From the IMG/VR virus record IMGVR_UViG_3300019927_000058, positions 1-64,000 of that record: DNA of 64,000 nt; one strand, written 5' to 3'. The stretch's first letter is position 1, and every line of letters starts with the position of its first letter. This document shows positions 43,236-50,990 of this stretch, one piece after another. The notes under the pieces are model-generated. The model searched no databases and was not told the origin of the DNA. It saw only the letters and a list, made by a program, of their open reading frames with translations. Position numbers and translations under genes: made by a program. The stretch is from a virus.

Positions 43236-43388
43236 AACCACCGATTACGGTTGGTTGCCGTGTCAGAAAAAGCTTGCAAGGCTATGAAACCATTTGGAAC
43301 CATAGCTACAGGCGCGGTGGAACTTAGTGTTGCGGAAGGGAATGATCCCTCCCTGAAGGGGTATGACGCTTCCGTTAATACATTTTTT

Positions 43389-43472
43389 GCGGGGGTAGCC
43401 AAGCTAGGAAACAGCGATGCACTTAAGATGCATTCCCTTAGGGGTCCATGCGTTCAAATCGCATCCCCCGCA
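43389..43472 (+). tRNA. tRNA-Leu (anticodon UAA)
   Basis: Manual cloverleaf. Acceptor GCGGGGG/CCCCCGC. Anticodon arm ATGCA-CTTAAGA-TGCAT. Long variable arm CCC-TTA-GGG (class II). T arm ATGCG-TTCAAAT-CGCAT. Discriminator A. The D stem is weak (one C.A mismatch). Confidence 0.85.
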
Positions 43473-43476
43473 CTTT

Positions 43477-43551
43477 GGACACGTAGTTTAGTCTGGATAA
43501 AACCTCTGGCTTCTAACCAGAAGATCAAGTGTTCAAATCACTTCGTGTCCG
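43477..43551 (+). tRNA. tRNA-Arg (anticodon UCU)
   Basis: Manual cloverleaf. Acceptor GGACACG/CGTGTCC. D stem GTTT/AAAC. Anticodon arm TCTGG-CTTCTAA-CCAGA. 5-nt variable loop. T arm AAGTG-TTCAAAT-CACTT. Confidence 0.9.
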
Positions 43552-43554
43552 TTC

Positions 43555-43629
43555 GGGTCCGTAGCTAAGTCTGGTAAAGCGACCTGCTCATAACGGGTTG
43601 ATTCCGGCGTTCAAATCGCCGTGGACCCA
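43555..43629 (+). tRNA. tRNA-Met (or Ile2) with anticodon CAU
   Basis: Manual cloverleaf. Acceptor GGGTCCG/TGGACCC (one G.U pair). Anticodon arm ACCTG-CTCATAA-CGGGT. T arm CGGCG-TTCAAAT-CGCCG. The variable loop is 6 nt, slightly atypical. Confidence 0.8.
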
Positions 43630-43630
43630 T

Positions 43631-43647
43631 AACGTAACTCTTTTATT
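43631..43647 (+). promoter_or_regulatory. Conserved promoter motif AACGTAACTCTTTTATT
   Basis: It ends 24 nt before the ATG at 43671 (RFC small subunit). Confidence 0.5.
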
Positions 43648-43670
43648 TCCGCTTGAAGTAAATAGACTGT

Positions 43671-44651
43671 ATGAAAGCGACTGATATTCCTTGGACAGAA
43701 AAGTACCGCCCAGATACTCTTGATGGTGTTGTCGGAAATCAAGATTCAGTTGACCGGATGAAGAAGTATGTCAATGATGGTGGAATGACAAATCTTCTTC
43801 TTTATGGTCCGGCAGGTACGGGGAAGACGACTGCTGCGATTGCACTTGCTAAGGAAATCTATGGCGATGATTGGGAAGCTAACTTCATCGAAAAGAATGC
43901 TTCTGATGATCGAGGAATCGATGTAGTGCGTGACGAAATTAAGTCAGTTGCACAACAATCTACTGCTGGTGAATATCCATTCAAAATCATCTTCCTTGAT
44001 GAGAGTGACAACCTTACGAAAGATGCTCAGTCAGCACTACGTCGAACGATGGAGACTTATTCTGACCAGACACGGTTCATTCTCAATGCGAATTATCACA
44101 ATAAACTGATTGATCCGATTCAATCTCGTTGCTCACTATTCCCATTCAAACGCCTTGAAGATAGTGAAATTCGACAGATTCTTACGAAGATTGCACGGGG
44201 CGAAGGCTTTGAGTGGGAAGTTGAAGCGTTTGATGAGATTATCGATTACGTGAAGGGAGACGCACGGAGAGCAGTTCACACGCTTCAGATGAGCGTTCAG
44301 GATGGAGAAGTGACTGCTGGTAATCTTGAGTTTGTTAACCTGCAAGCTTCACAAGAAGATATTCAGGAGATGCTTGAGTTGGCTTTGAATGGAGAAATTG
44401 AAGAAGCTATGGATATGAATATCCGAGATGTTCAGCCACAGGTCACGGATCATTCCCAGTTCTGTAAAGATGTAATGACTGCTCTGAAGAAAACTGATGA
44501 GATTAATAAAGATGTTCGTTGGTATATGATGGGGCAAGTCGGTGATATGGAACGGAATATTCTGGAAGGAGCAAGTCCTACTGTTCAGACTAATTCTTTC
44601 ATTGCAAAGCTTCCTGTCGCCCAGTACTCTTCAATTCCAAATTATGAGTGA
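43671..44651 (+). CDS. rfcS: Replication factor C small subunit (clamp loader)
   Basis: 326 aa. Motifs: PWTEKYRPDTLDGVVGNQD, LLLYGPAGTGKTTAAIALAKE, IIFLDESDNLT, DAQSALRRTME, SRC. Confidence 0.9.
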   Translation: MKATDIPWTEKYRPDTLDGVVGNQDSVDRMKKYVNDGGMTNLLLYGPAGTGKTTAAIALAKEIYGDDWEANFIEKNASDDRGIDVVRDEIKSVAQQSTAGEYPFKIIFLDESDNLTKDAQSALRRTMETYSDQTRFILNANYHNKLIDPIQSRCSLFPFKRLEDSEIRQILTKIARGEGFEWEVEAFDEIIDYVKGDARRAVHTLQMSVQDGEVTAGNLEFVNLQASQEDIQEMLELALNGEIEEAMDMNIRDVQPQVTDHSQFCKDVMTALKKTDEINKDVRWYMMGQVGDMERNILEGASPTVQTNSFIAKLPVAQYSSIPNYE

Positions 44652-44802
44652 ACTGAATAATCCAATGCGTTTCAGTATGCGGAATAGGACTATTGACATA
44701 GATAATTATCTCCATCATTCAGATTTTCCTGAAAAGAAAGTTACTGATATAAGTATAGTACCGTCTGAAGGAAATATCTATGTTCATTGGGAGGAAGAAT
44801 GA
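44644..44802 (+). CDS. Small hypothetical protein (52 aa)
   Basis: I chose the internal ATG at 44644, which forms an ATGAGTGA junction with the rfcS stop. An ATGA overlap joins it to the HNH gene. Confidence 0.35.
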   Translation: MSELNNPMRFSMRNRTIDIDNYLHHSDFPEKKVTDISIVPSEGNIYVHWEEE

Positions 44803-45677
44803 CAAGTAAGAGAATTACAGAAGAAGAACTTATTCAAGAGCTTCACCGACTGCATGAGAAAATTAATGGCCGTAGTCCGAGGATGAAAGATATGACTGAT
44901 AACGGAAAGTATTCGTTTTATACTTATCGTGATAGATTCGGAAATTGGAATGATGCATTGGAAGAAGCTGGTATAAAAACTAACCGGCAACTGCACGTTC
45001 CAAAAAGCGATGCAATAAAAGATATAAAGAAAGTATCTGAAGAATATTGCAATGGCGAGAGTCCGACTACTGTTGATATGGAAGAGCATGGTAAATATTC
45101 TGAGGCGGTATATTGTCGTAAATTCGATTGGAGAAAGATTTTAAATGAAGCTGGTTTTAGATCGGGATATGAAATAAGCCGAGAAAAATTGAAGTTAGAA
45201 TTGAAAAAACTAGCAAAGCAACTCGACAAAACTCCCTCTTCTAGAGATATGAAGTATGAAGGCAAGTATACTCCTTCGCCTTACCGTAGAGAGTTTGGAA
45301 GTTGGAATAATGCTTTAAAAGATTGTGGTTATGAACCTATCGGTTATGTTTCTGGAAAAGAACATCCAAATTGGAAAGAAGATAGCTTGTCCGATGAAGA
45401 AAGTAGAAAGCTTGATAGATGGTCAAAAAGAGTAAAAAGGAGAGATGAATATGAATGCCAAGATTGTGAATCTCCACGTTCGGATGTGAGAGTTGCCCAT
45501 CACATAAAAAGAAGAAAAAATCGCCCCGATTTAATGTTTGATGAAGATAATGGGATAACATTGTGTCCAGATTGCCATGCTGAAAGGCATGAAGGAGATA
45601 CTGTTTATAATTCTCTCAAAACAATAGCTGAAAAACTATCAAAATCAAGCTATGAGGAGGTTTATCATGGAAATTGA
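44799..45677 (+). CDS. HNH homing endonuclease with three N-terminal homing-endonuclease-associated repeats
   Basis: ATG at 44799. There are three ~55-aa repeats (GRSPRMKDMTDNGKYSFYTYRDRFGNWNDALEEAG; GESPTTVDMEEHGKYSEAVYCRKFDWRKILNEAG; DKTPSSRDMKYEGKYTPSPYRREFGSWNNALKDCG). The HNH core is CQDC...VAHHIKRR...DNGITLCPDCHAERH. Confidence 0.8.
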   Translation: MTSKRITEEELIQELHRLHEKINGRSPRMKDMTDNGKYSFYTYRDRFGNWNDALEEAGIKTNRQLHVPKSDAIKDIKKVSEEYCNGESPTTVDMEEHGKYSEAVYCRKFDWRKILNEAGFRSGYEISREKLKLELKKLAKQLDKTPSSRDMKYEGKYTPSPYRREFGSWNNALKDCGYEPIGYVSGKEHPNWKEDSLSDEESRKLDRWSKRVKRRDEYECQDCESPRSDVRVAHHIKRRKNRPDLMFDEDNGITLCPDCHAERHEGDTVYNSLKTIAEKLSKSSYEEVYHGN

Positions 45678-46473
45678 AGAACTAAGTGCATCTGGCGTTA
45701 AAAAATATATTTCATGCGAAAAGCAATATTATCTACATTATTTATCTAATGTTCCAGAACCAGTTGAGTTTGAAGAACCCCGTCATTTTGCCACTGGGAA
45801 TTGTGTTCACGATACTTTAGAAGAAGTTCTACAGAATTATGATATATCTCCCGTAGAAAAAGACTTTTATAATATTTTGGTCAATGAGAGCAGTAATTTT
45901 GAAAAAGATAATCAAGATAATGATAAAGTAGATAATTGTCTCCAGACTGCTTCTCGATGGATAACTTCCTTCGTTAAAGAAATAAAACACGTTGAAGAAA
46001 AGTGGTCTATGAATCGTGATGGTATCAAGTACAAGGGCCTTGCTGATCTGATTGCTGATGTTGAGCAAGATGGAGAACTATATGAAAATACTGTTGTAGA
46101 CTGGAAGACAGGTTCGGTGAATGAAGAGTGGAAAGAGCGAATTCAGGGTGGAATGTATGCGGAAATGCATAAAGAAATTTATGGTGAATATCCTGAAGCT
46201 ATTGTATTCGTTTATTTAGATGAAGAAACACAGTCTTTTCATCCACGCATTACAGATGGGGAAGTATTCTGGAATGCGAAAGAAAATAAGTATTGGACTG
46301 AAATCGAAGAATGGAAAGGCAAAATTCTCCAGTCAGAAGCTTTAGGTGAATGGGAAGCGAAACCTGAGCAGTCACAATGTTTCTTCTGTGATTATAAGCA
46401 TTATTGTCGTGATAGTCCAATAGGTGCAGAAAATGTTGGGACCAATGAAATTCAGATGGGTGATTTTCTATGA
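45667..46473 (+). CDS. Cas4/RecB-like PD-(D/E)XK exonuclease with Fe-S cysteines
   Basis: ATG at 45667, preceded by GGAGGT. Motifs: N-terminal Cys (YISCEKQYY), GLADLIADVE...VVDWKTG (D..D/ExK), QGGMYAEM (QxxxY), and C-terminal CFFCDYKHYC. Confidence 0.7.
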   Translation: MEIEELSASGVKKYISCEKQYYLHYLSNVPEPVEFEEPRHFATGNCVHDTLEEVLQNYDISPVEKDFYNILVNESSNFEKDNQDNDKVDNCLQTASRWITSFVKEIKHVEEKWSMNRDGIKYKGLADLIADVEQDGELYENTVVDWKTGSVNEEWKERIQGGMYAEMHKEIYGEYPEAIVFVYLDEETQSFHPRITDGEVFWNAKENKYWTEIEEWKGKILQSEALGEWEAKPEQSQCFFCDYKHYCRDSPIGAENVGTNEIQMGDFL

Positions 46474-46670
46474 TAGAAAAGGAAATACCAGATGAAGAAG
46501 AAAGGTTTTGTATAGGTTGTTCAACAGAAGATGAAAGTTTAAAAGAAAGAGAAACTTTACAGAAACCTGTTGCGATTAAAATCCGTTGGGGTAGTAGAGG
46601 TTGCTTTGGTTCTCATAGAGATGCAAAGTGGAAATGGAAATGCTTAGAGTGCGGGGAGGTGCAATACTAA
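46470..46670 (+). CDS. Small zinc-ribbon protein
   Basis: 66 aa with CIGCS...CLECG and an ATGA overlap upstream. Confidence 0.5.
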   Translation: MIEKEIPDEEERFCIGCSTEDESLKERETLQKPVAIKIRWGSRGCFGSHRDAKWKWKCLECGEVQY

Positions 46671-46897
46671 TGGGAAAAACGCTTGAACCCGACGTATTAG
46701 AAATCAACGGTGAGTTGTATAGAATTACAGAAGATCCGTGGACTGGTGATTTTTGTGTTGATTCTCCAGAAGAATTAACTCAAGGGCAATATTTCCTGAC
46801 CAAACAAGGAGCTATCAATTATTGCTTGTATAAATCGGGAATGGTTAATAAAGATGAAGTTGAGTATGAATTTGCTCCTGATAGAACTTCAGCATAA
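46670..46897 (+). CDS. Hypothetical protein
   Basis: ATG at 46670 (TAATG overlap). 75 aa. Confidence 0.45.
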   Translation: MGKTLEPDVLEINGELYRITEDPWTGDFCVDSPEELTQGQYFLTKQGAINYCLYKSGMVNKDEVEYEFAPDRTSA

Positions 46898-46911
46898 ACG
46901 TAAGTCTTAAA
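46897..46911 (+). promoter_or_regulatory. Promoter motif variant AACGTAAGTCTTAAA
   Basis: It ends 25 nt before the ATG at 46936. Confidence 0.4.
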
Positions 46912-46935
46912 CGTCTTGTTTTCTTTTATACATGC

Positions 46936-47139
46936 ATGGAAGGTCAACCTCAAGAACCACGCCCCCCCGAAACGAAGGAAGTTAATGTGAATGTTGCCGG
47001 TACTTTTGTCGGACTTATTTTATTCATTGCACTTGTTTGGTCAATGTATACTGGTGAGATGAGTTTTGCATATCTCAATGCAGGACTCCTTGCCACGCTT
47101 GCTATTGCCAATCATGTTGTTAACATGATGTATAAATAG
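46936..47139 (+). CDS. Small membrane protein (2 TM)
   Basis: 67 aa with helices GTFVGLILFIALVWSMY and LNAGLLATLAIANHVV. Confidence 0.5.
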   Translation: MEGQPQEPRPPETKEVNVNVAGTFVGLILFIALVWSMYTGEMSFAYLNAGLLATLAIANHVVNMMYK

Positions 47140-47142
47140 AAT

Positions 47143-47397
47143 ATGAGTGATGCACCAAAGGACAATTGGCGTCCAGCAGAGAAGAAACCTATCCAAGTTG
47201 AATTCCGTGGACCTTATTACACACCCGATGAAGTTGAAACTATCGAAGGTGATTTTGAAGTAGATAGAGAATATCTTAATGAACACGGCGGTTATGTCAT
47301 AATCAAGGGAATCGAAGGTGAAAAGTATCCGTGTGCTTTGGATATATTCAGAGAGTCATATGGAATGCCGGAGGAATCAAAATGCTTGGAAGAGTGA
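47143..47397 (+). CDS. Small conserved phage-type beta protein (PGDYG-like?)
   Basis: 84 aa. The pattern KKPIQVEFRGPY..VETIEGDFEV..GGYVIIKGIEGEKYPCALDIFRESY matches my memory of the PGDYG family. Confidence 0.35.
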   Translation: MSDAPKDNWRPAEKKPIQVEFRGPYYTPDEVETIEGDFEVDREYLNEHGGYVIIKGIEGEKYPCALDIFRESYGMPEESKCLEE

Positions 47398-49466
47398 CAT
47401 GGTGTGACTACTGTATCGATGATTATTTCGGTGTACTTGTTCGGTTATCAGCAAGGTTAGAAGATGGCAGTCGTTGGAATGGTTATGTTGCAGGGACAGA
47501 ACCCTACATCTTTGCACCTGAAGATGAACCAGTTCCAGATAAATACTACATCGAGAGAACAGAGTCCGGTTATGAATCTCTCTTCGATCATAAGCTTCAG
47601 AAGATAGTCACACGCACGCCTAAACAGGCTGGTGGACTCACCGACGAGTTTTCTTGGTCCGGTGAAGGTGATGTTCCATATTATCGAAGAGTAGCTATTC
47701 ACGATGGTCTGAGTGGCTATGTAGATATTCCTGAAGAGTATAATGAAAAACGCAAGGATCTACCAGTAGTTCATATTGATGATATTGATGTAGAACCAGA
47801 TTATAACGATACTATTGAGCCACGAATCTCCATTGCTGACATTGAGGTTCATGTTCCTGAAAATGGCACATTTGAGGAAATGCAGAAGAAAGCAAATGAA
47901 CCAATCAATGTTATCTGTTCATATGATACATATGAAGAGAAGTACACTGTCTTCTATTATGATAAGTACGGTGGATTGGATTCGGGGAGTATTCGTGATA
48001 AAATAGAGGAACAGCTTGCGGGTGCAGGAAAACAATGGCAGAATATGAGGAAACATATTGAGAAGGATATTGAATTAGTGATTTCTGATTCCGAGGCTGC
48101 TATGTTGAATGAGTATGAGCAGTATATTAGTGAAAGAGACTTTGATCTTGTTTCAGGTTGGAATTATGTAGATTTCGACCGAGAATATATTCGTAAACGG
48201 ATGAAAGTTCTTTATGAAGATGATGAAAATATCCATCCGTCATGGCTATCTCCTTTCGATGTGATTTCAGATTCTCGGAATGAAAATAGAAGAATTCCGG
48301 GTAGAGCGCCATTTGATATGCTGGAAGGGTTTTGCGATAAATTGACTTTCAGCAATTGGCGTTCTCGATCATTAGAATATGTAGCCAATGAAGAGCTTGG
48401 CATCGGGAAGATAGAGGATGTTCAAATTAATGATGATTGGGAGAATAATGCTTCCCGATTGATTGCGTATAATATCGTTGACGTTATTCTCACTGTGGCG
48501 CTTGATGATGAAAACGATATTCATAACTTTTTCTATGAAATGGCTGACGTTGCCTCTATTCCGATTTATGATGTTTTCTATGAGAAGAGAATCGTTGATG
48601 GAATTGTTCTCAGTTGGCGGAATGAAGATGAAATTCTTCCAACAGCAGATGAAAGTGAACTGGTAGATAATGCAGGCGGTTATGTAGCTAATGCAATTCA
48701 GGGGAGGAAACAAGATGTGGGTGTTTCTGATCTTAAAAGTCTCTATCCTTCTGTAATAATTACGTGGAATCTTTCCACTGAAACAGTTGCGGAAACTCCA
48801 GAAGACTTCGATGAGTATGTAAAAATTCCTAAAGTTCCTGAGCCAAAGAATGTGGATGGAAAAATTCATGAACATTTTATGGATTGGGACTGGTTGTATG
48901 CTTCCCTTGATCAAGAAGGTCTTATCCCAAGAGTCAGTAAGAAACTGTTCAAAAAACGGAATTATGAGAAAGAGCAGATGTATGCTGCTCCAGATGGCTC
49001 TCAAGAACAGAAAAAGTGGGATAGGAAGCAAGGAGCTACAAAGGTTATCATGAATTCGATCTACGGCAACCTCTCTTCCAAATATTTTCGTCTTTCTAAT
49101 GAGTACCTTGGCGATGCTGTTACTTCAACTGCAAGATATACACTTTGGAAAGGAGAGCAAACTATCGACCGTCTTGGATATGAACACATCTACTCAGACA
49201 CAGACAGTCACTTTATTCAATTAACAAGAGACACTTTGGAAGGGCAGGTTGAAGAGTTGAAAGAAATCTCTGCCAAAATGGATTCGGATGCTTCGGAAAT
49301 CGCTCAAGAAATTGGAATTGAGGGTAAGCATCCCTATCTTGTTGATGAAGATTTGCATGGTGATGAATATACTTGCTTATTATGGGAACCAGAAGCCATT
49401 TTCAATTCTTTTCTTCAATTGGGTAAAAAGAAAAGATACGCTGGAAACTTGGGGTGGGAATTATGA
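47382..49466 (+). CDS. polB: Family B DNA polymerase, N-terminal fragment (exonuclease, palm and fingers through the KKRY motif)
   Basis: ATG at 47382 with GGAGGA upstream. Motifs: Exo I ISIADIEV, Exo II SGWNYVDFDREY, Exo III YNIVDVILT, motif A VSDLKSLYPSVI, motif B KVIMNSIYGNLS, motif C IYSDTDSHF, then LGKKKRYAGNLGWEL followed by a stop. Confidence 0.9.
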   Translation: MLGRVTWCDYCIDDYFGVLVRLSARLEDGSRWNGYVAGTEPYIFAPEDEPVPDKYYIERTESGYESLFDHKLQKIVTRTPKQAGGLTDEFSWSGEGDVPYYRRVAIHDGLSGYVDIPEEYNEKRKDLPVVHIDDIDVEPDYNDTIEPRISIADIEVHVPENGTFEEMQKKANEPINVICSYDTYEEKYTVFYYDKYGGLDSGSIRDKIEEQLAGAGKQWQNMRKHIEKDIELVISDSEAAMLNEYEQYISERDFDLVSGWNYVDFDREYIRKRMKVLYEDDENIHPSWLSPFDVISDSRNENRRIPGRAPFDMLEGFCDKLTFSNWRSRSLEYVANEELGIGKIEDVQINDDWENNASRLIAYNIVDVILTVALDDENDIHNFFYEMADVASIPIYDVFYEKRIVDGIVLSWRNEDEILPTADESELVDNAGGYVANAIQGRKQDVGVSDLKSLYPSVIITWNLSTETVAETPEDFDEYVKIPKVPEPKNVDGKIHEHFMDWDWLYASLDQEGLIPRVSKKLFKKRNYEKEQMYAAPDGSQEQKKWDRKQGATKVIMNSIYGNLSSKYFRLSNEYLGDAVTSTARYTLWKGEQTIDRLGYEHIYSDTDSHFIQLTRDTLEGQVEELKEISAKMDSDASEIAQEIGIEGKHPYLVDEDLHGDEYTCLLWEPEAIFNSFLQLGKKKRYAGNLGWEL

Positions 49467-50416
49467 AATACTATTGTGAAAATTGTGATTATTCAACAGA
49501 TACAGAAAGAGGTTTAAATATTCATGTTGGCAGAAAACATGGCAAACCAGTAGAAAAATGCGAAGAATGCAAAGAACAATTTGAAACATCCCCATCAAAC
49601 AATAGAAAGTTTTGCTCCGATGAATGCTACCGTACTTATCAAGAAAGAACAAAAGAAAATAAAGAAGCAAAATGCGAAGTTTGCGGTAAATATTTTGAAT
49701 ATCATCCATCTGCATATGTTGGACGTTTTTGCTCAAAAAAGTGTCAATATAAAGGCAATTCTGCTCCATCTGGACAAGAACACTGGAATTATAAAAAAGA
49801 GATAACAAAACAGTGTAAGAATTGCGATGGGGAGTTTAATGTCAAGCCTCATAAGTCTCATCAAGAATTCTGTAGCTCAGAGTGTGTCGGTAGGTATGGT
49901 GAGTGGGAGAAACCGGGGAGAAGTAAGGTTGACAGAATCAAGAAAGACTGCCATGTATGCGGAGAAGAAGTTATTCGTTTACCTTCAAATATTACTTCTG
50001 ATGAGGAACGTGTGTTTTGTTCTGAACGGTGTCGTGGTAAGTGGGTTTCAAAAAGTGATATATTCAACGCATCATCTGTTTATGTAAAGGAAACAAATAG
50101 AACTGTAGCATCTGGTTGGGAGGCGAAAGTAGACCGAATTCTACATGAAAGTATTTTTGAATACGAATATGAATCAAAAACATTCACCATTGGCGATGAA
50201 AGAAATTATACACCGGATTTCATAGTTGAAGATGATATTGTCATAGAAGTCAAAGGACAAGCATCTGATTATTCATATGAACGTTCTTCTCTATTTTTAC
50301 AAGAGTATGGTGAAGATTGGTTATATATCGTTGTTGGTACTGAAATGGATAGTCACATTCATATATCTTGGAGTAATCATTCAAAGTTACCGGAGGTGTT
50401 GAAGAATGCCATATAA
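49463..50416 (+). mobile_element. Homing-endonuclease-like gene inserted in polB: one C2H2 finger, four CxxC..FCSxxC (FCS/TRASH-like) zinc fingers and a PD-(D/E)XK nuclease
   Basis: ATG at 49463 overlaps the polB-N stop (ATGA). The 3' end overlaps the polB-C start by 11 nt. Motifs: YYCENCDYSTDTERGLNIHVGRKH; CEECKE..FCSDECYRTY; CEVCGK..FCSKKCQYKG; CKNCDG..FCSSECVGRYG; CHVCGE..FCSERCRGKW; C-terminal YTPDFIVEDDIVIEVKG. It is a paralogue of 11392-12519. Confidence 0.7.
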
Positions 50417-50990
50417 AAAAGAAGGGTTTGTGGGAAAGTTTTACGATGAACCTAAAATAAAAATTAAGGGTTTTGAAAACCAACGCTCGGATAGTCCACC
50501 TGTCACTGCCGAACTTCAAGAAAAGATTATTGAGATGATTCTTACGAATGAAGATTTTGTAACTGTTTCTAAATATATAGAGTCTGTCATCGAAGAAATT
50601 GATATTGAAAGTGATAATGTCGAAAGGTTTGCACTACCGGGGTCGTTAAATAGAGATTTGGAAGATTATACAAATACACAAATAACAAGAGGAGCAAGAT
50701 ATTCTAATGAACATCTCGATAAAGAGTTTGGCGAAGGCGATGATCCATTCGTTTACATGGTCGATGATACTCCAGCAGGATTACCACAGACTGATGTAGT
50801 GGCTCTTGAATGGGATGATGATATTCCTGAAGGGTTTGAGTTGAATAAAGAAGCAATCATTGAGAGAGGCATTAAGAAACCAATTGATTCCATTATCAAT
50901 GAAATGGATTGGGAATTTAATGAAATTCGCTCTGGGAAGAGACAAAAGAAAAAAGACCTAAGTACAGGCGGCTCCAATCCTTTTGCATGA
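50406..50990 (+). CDS. polB: Family B DNA polymerase, C-terminal fragment (thumb)
   Basis: 194 aa. GKFYDEPKIKIKGFENQRSDSPP aligns with the segment that follows KKRYA in T4/RB69-type PolB (recalled as ..EPKLKIMGLETQKSSTP). Confidence 0.75.
   Translation: MPYKKEGFVGKFYDEPKIKIKGFENQRSDSPPVTAELQEKIIEMILTNEDFVTVSKYIESVIEEIDIESDNVERFALPGSLNRDLEDYTNTQITRGARYSNEHLDKEFGEGDDPFVYMVDDTPAGLPQTDVVALEWDDDIPEGFELNKEAIIERGIKKPIDSIINEMDWEFNEIRSGKRQKKKDLSTGGSNPFA

Noticed and set aside
43237-43322. Possible fourth tRNA upstream of tRNA-Leu. It has an acceptor-like 6-bp helix (CCACCG/CGGTGG), a D-arm-like hairpin, and an AGC-TTGCAAG-GCT hairpin whose loop would give anticodon GCA (Cys).
   Set aside because: No T-arm can be formed before the 3' acceptor strand. 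There are 6 extra nt between the D arm and the putative anticodon arm, and the anticodon stem has a mismatch. I reported it only as a structured leader or possibly decayed tRNA.
43251-43568. Track ORF of 105 aa on the plus strand.
   Set aside because: It runs straight through the three tRNA genes and the structured leader, so it is spurious.
48372-49031. A 219-aa antisense ORF inside polB, together with many other antisense track ORFs. Examples: 376-750 and 1267-1578 in nrdA, 7552-7821 and 8515-8871 in the tape measure, 26924-27346 in the capsid gene, 58791-59282 in prkA.
   Set aside because: They are Ile/Phe/Leu/Ser-rich translations of the antisense of strongly supported genes. They have no acidic halophile signature, no start context and no motifs.
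47382-50990. An intein or self-splicing intron as the explanation for the interrupted polB.
   Set aside because: The N fragment ends in a stop codon and the insert is in a different frame, so it is not an intein. The three ORFs overlap each other and leave no non-coding RNA core, so a classical group I/II intron or an archaeal bulge-helix-bulge intron is unlikely. Splicing still needs an experimental check.
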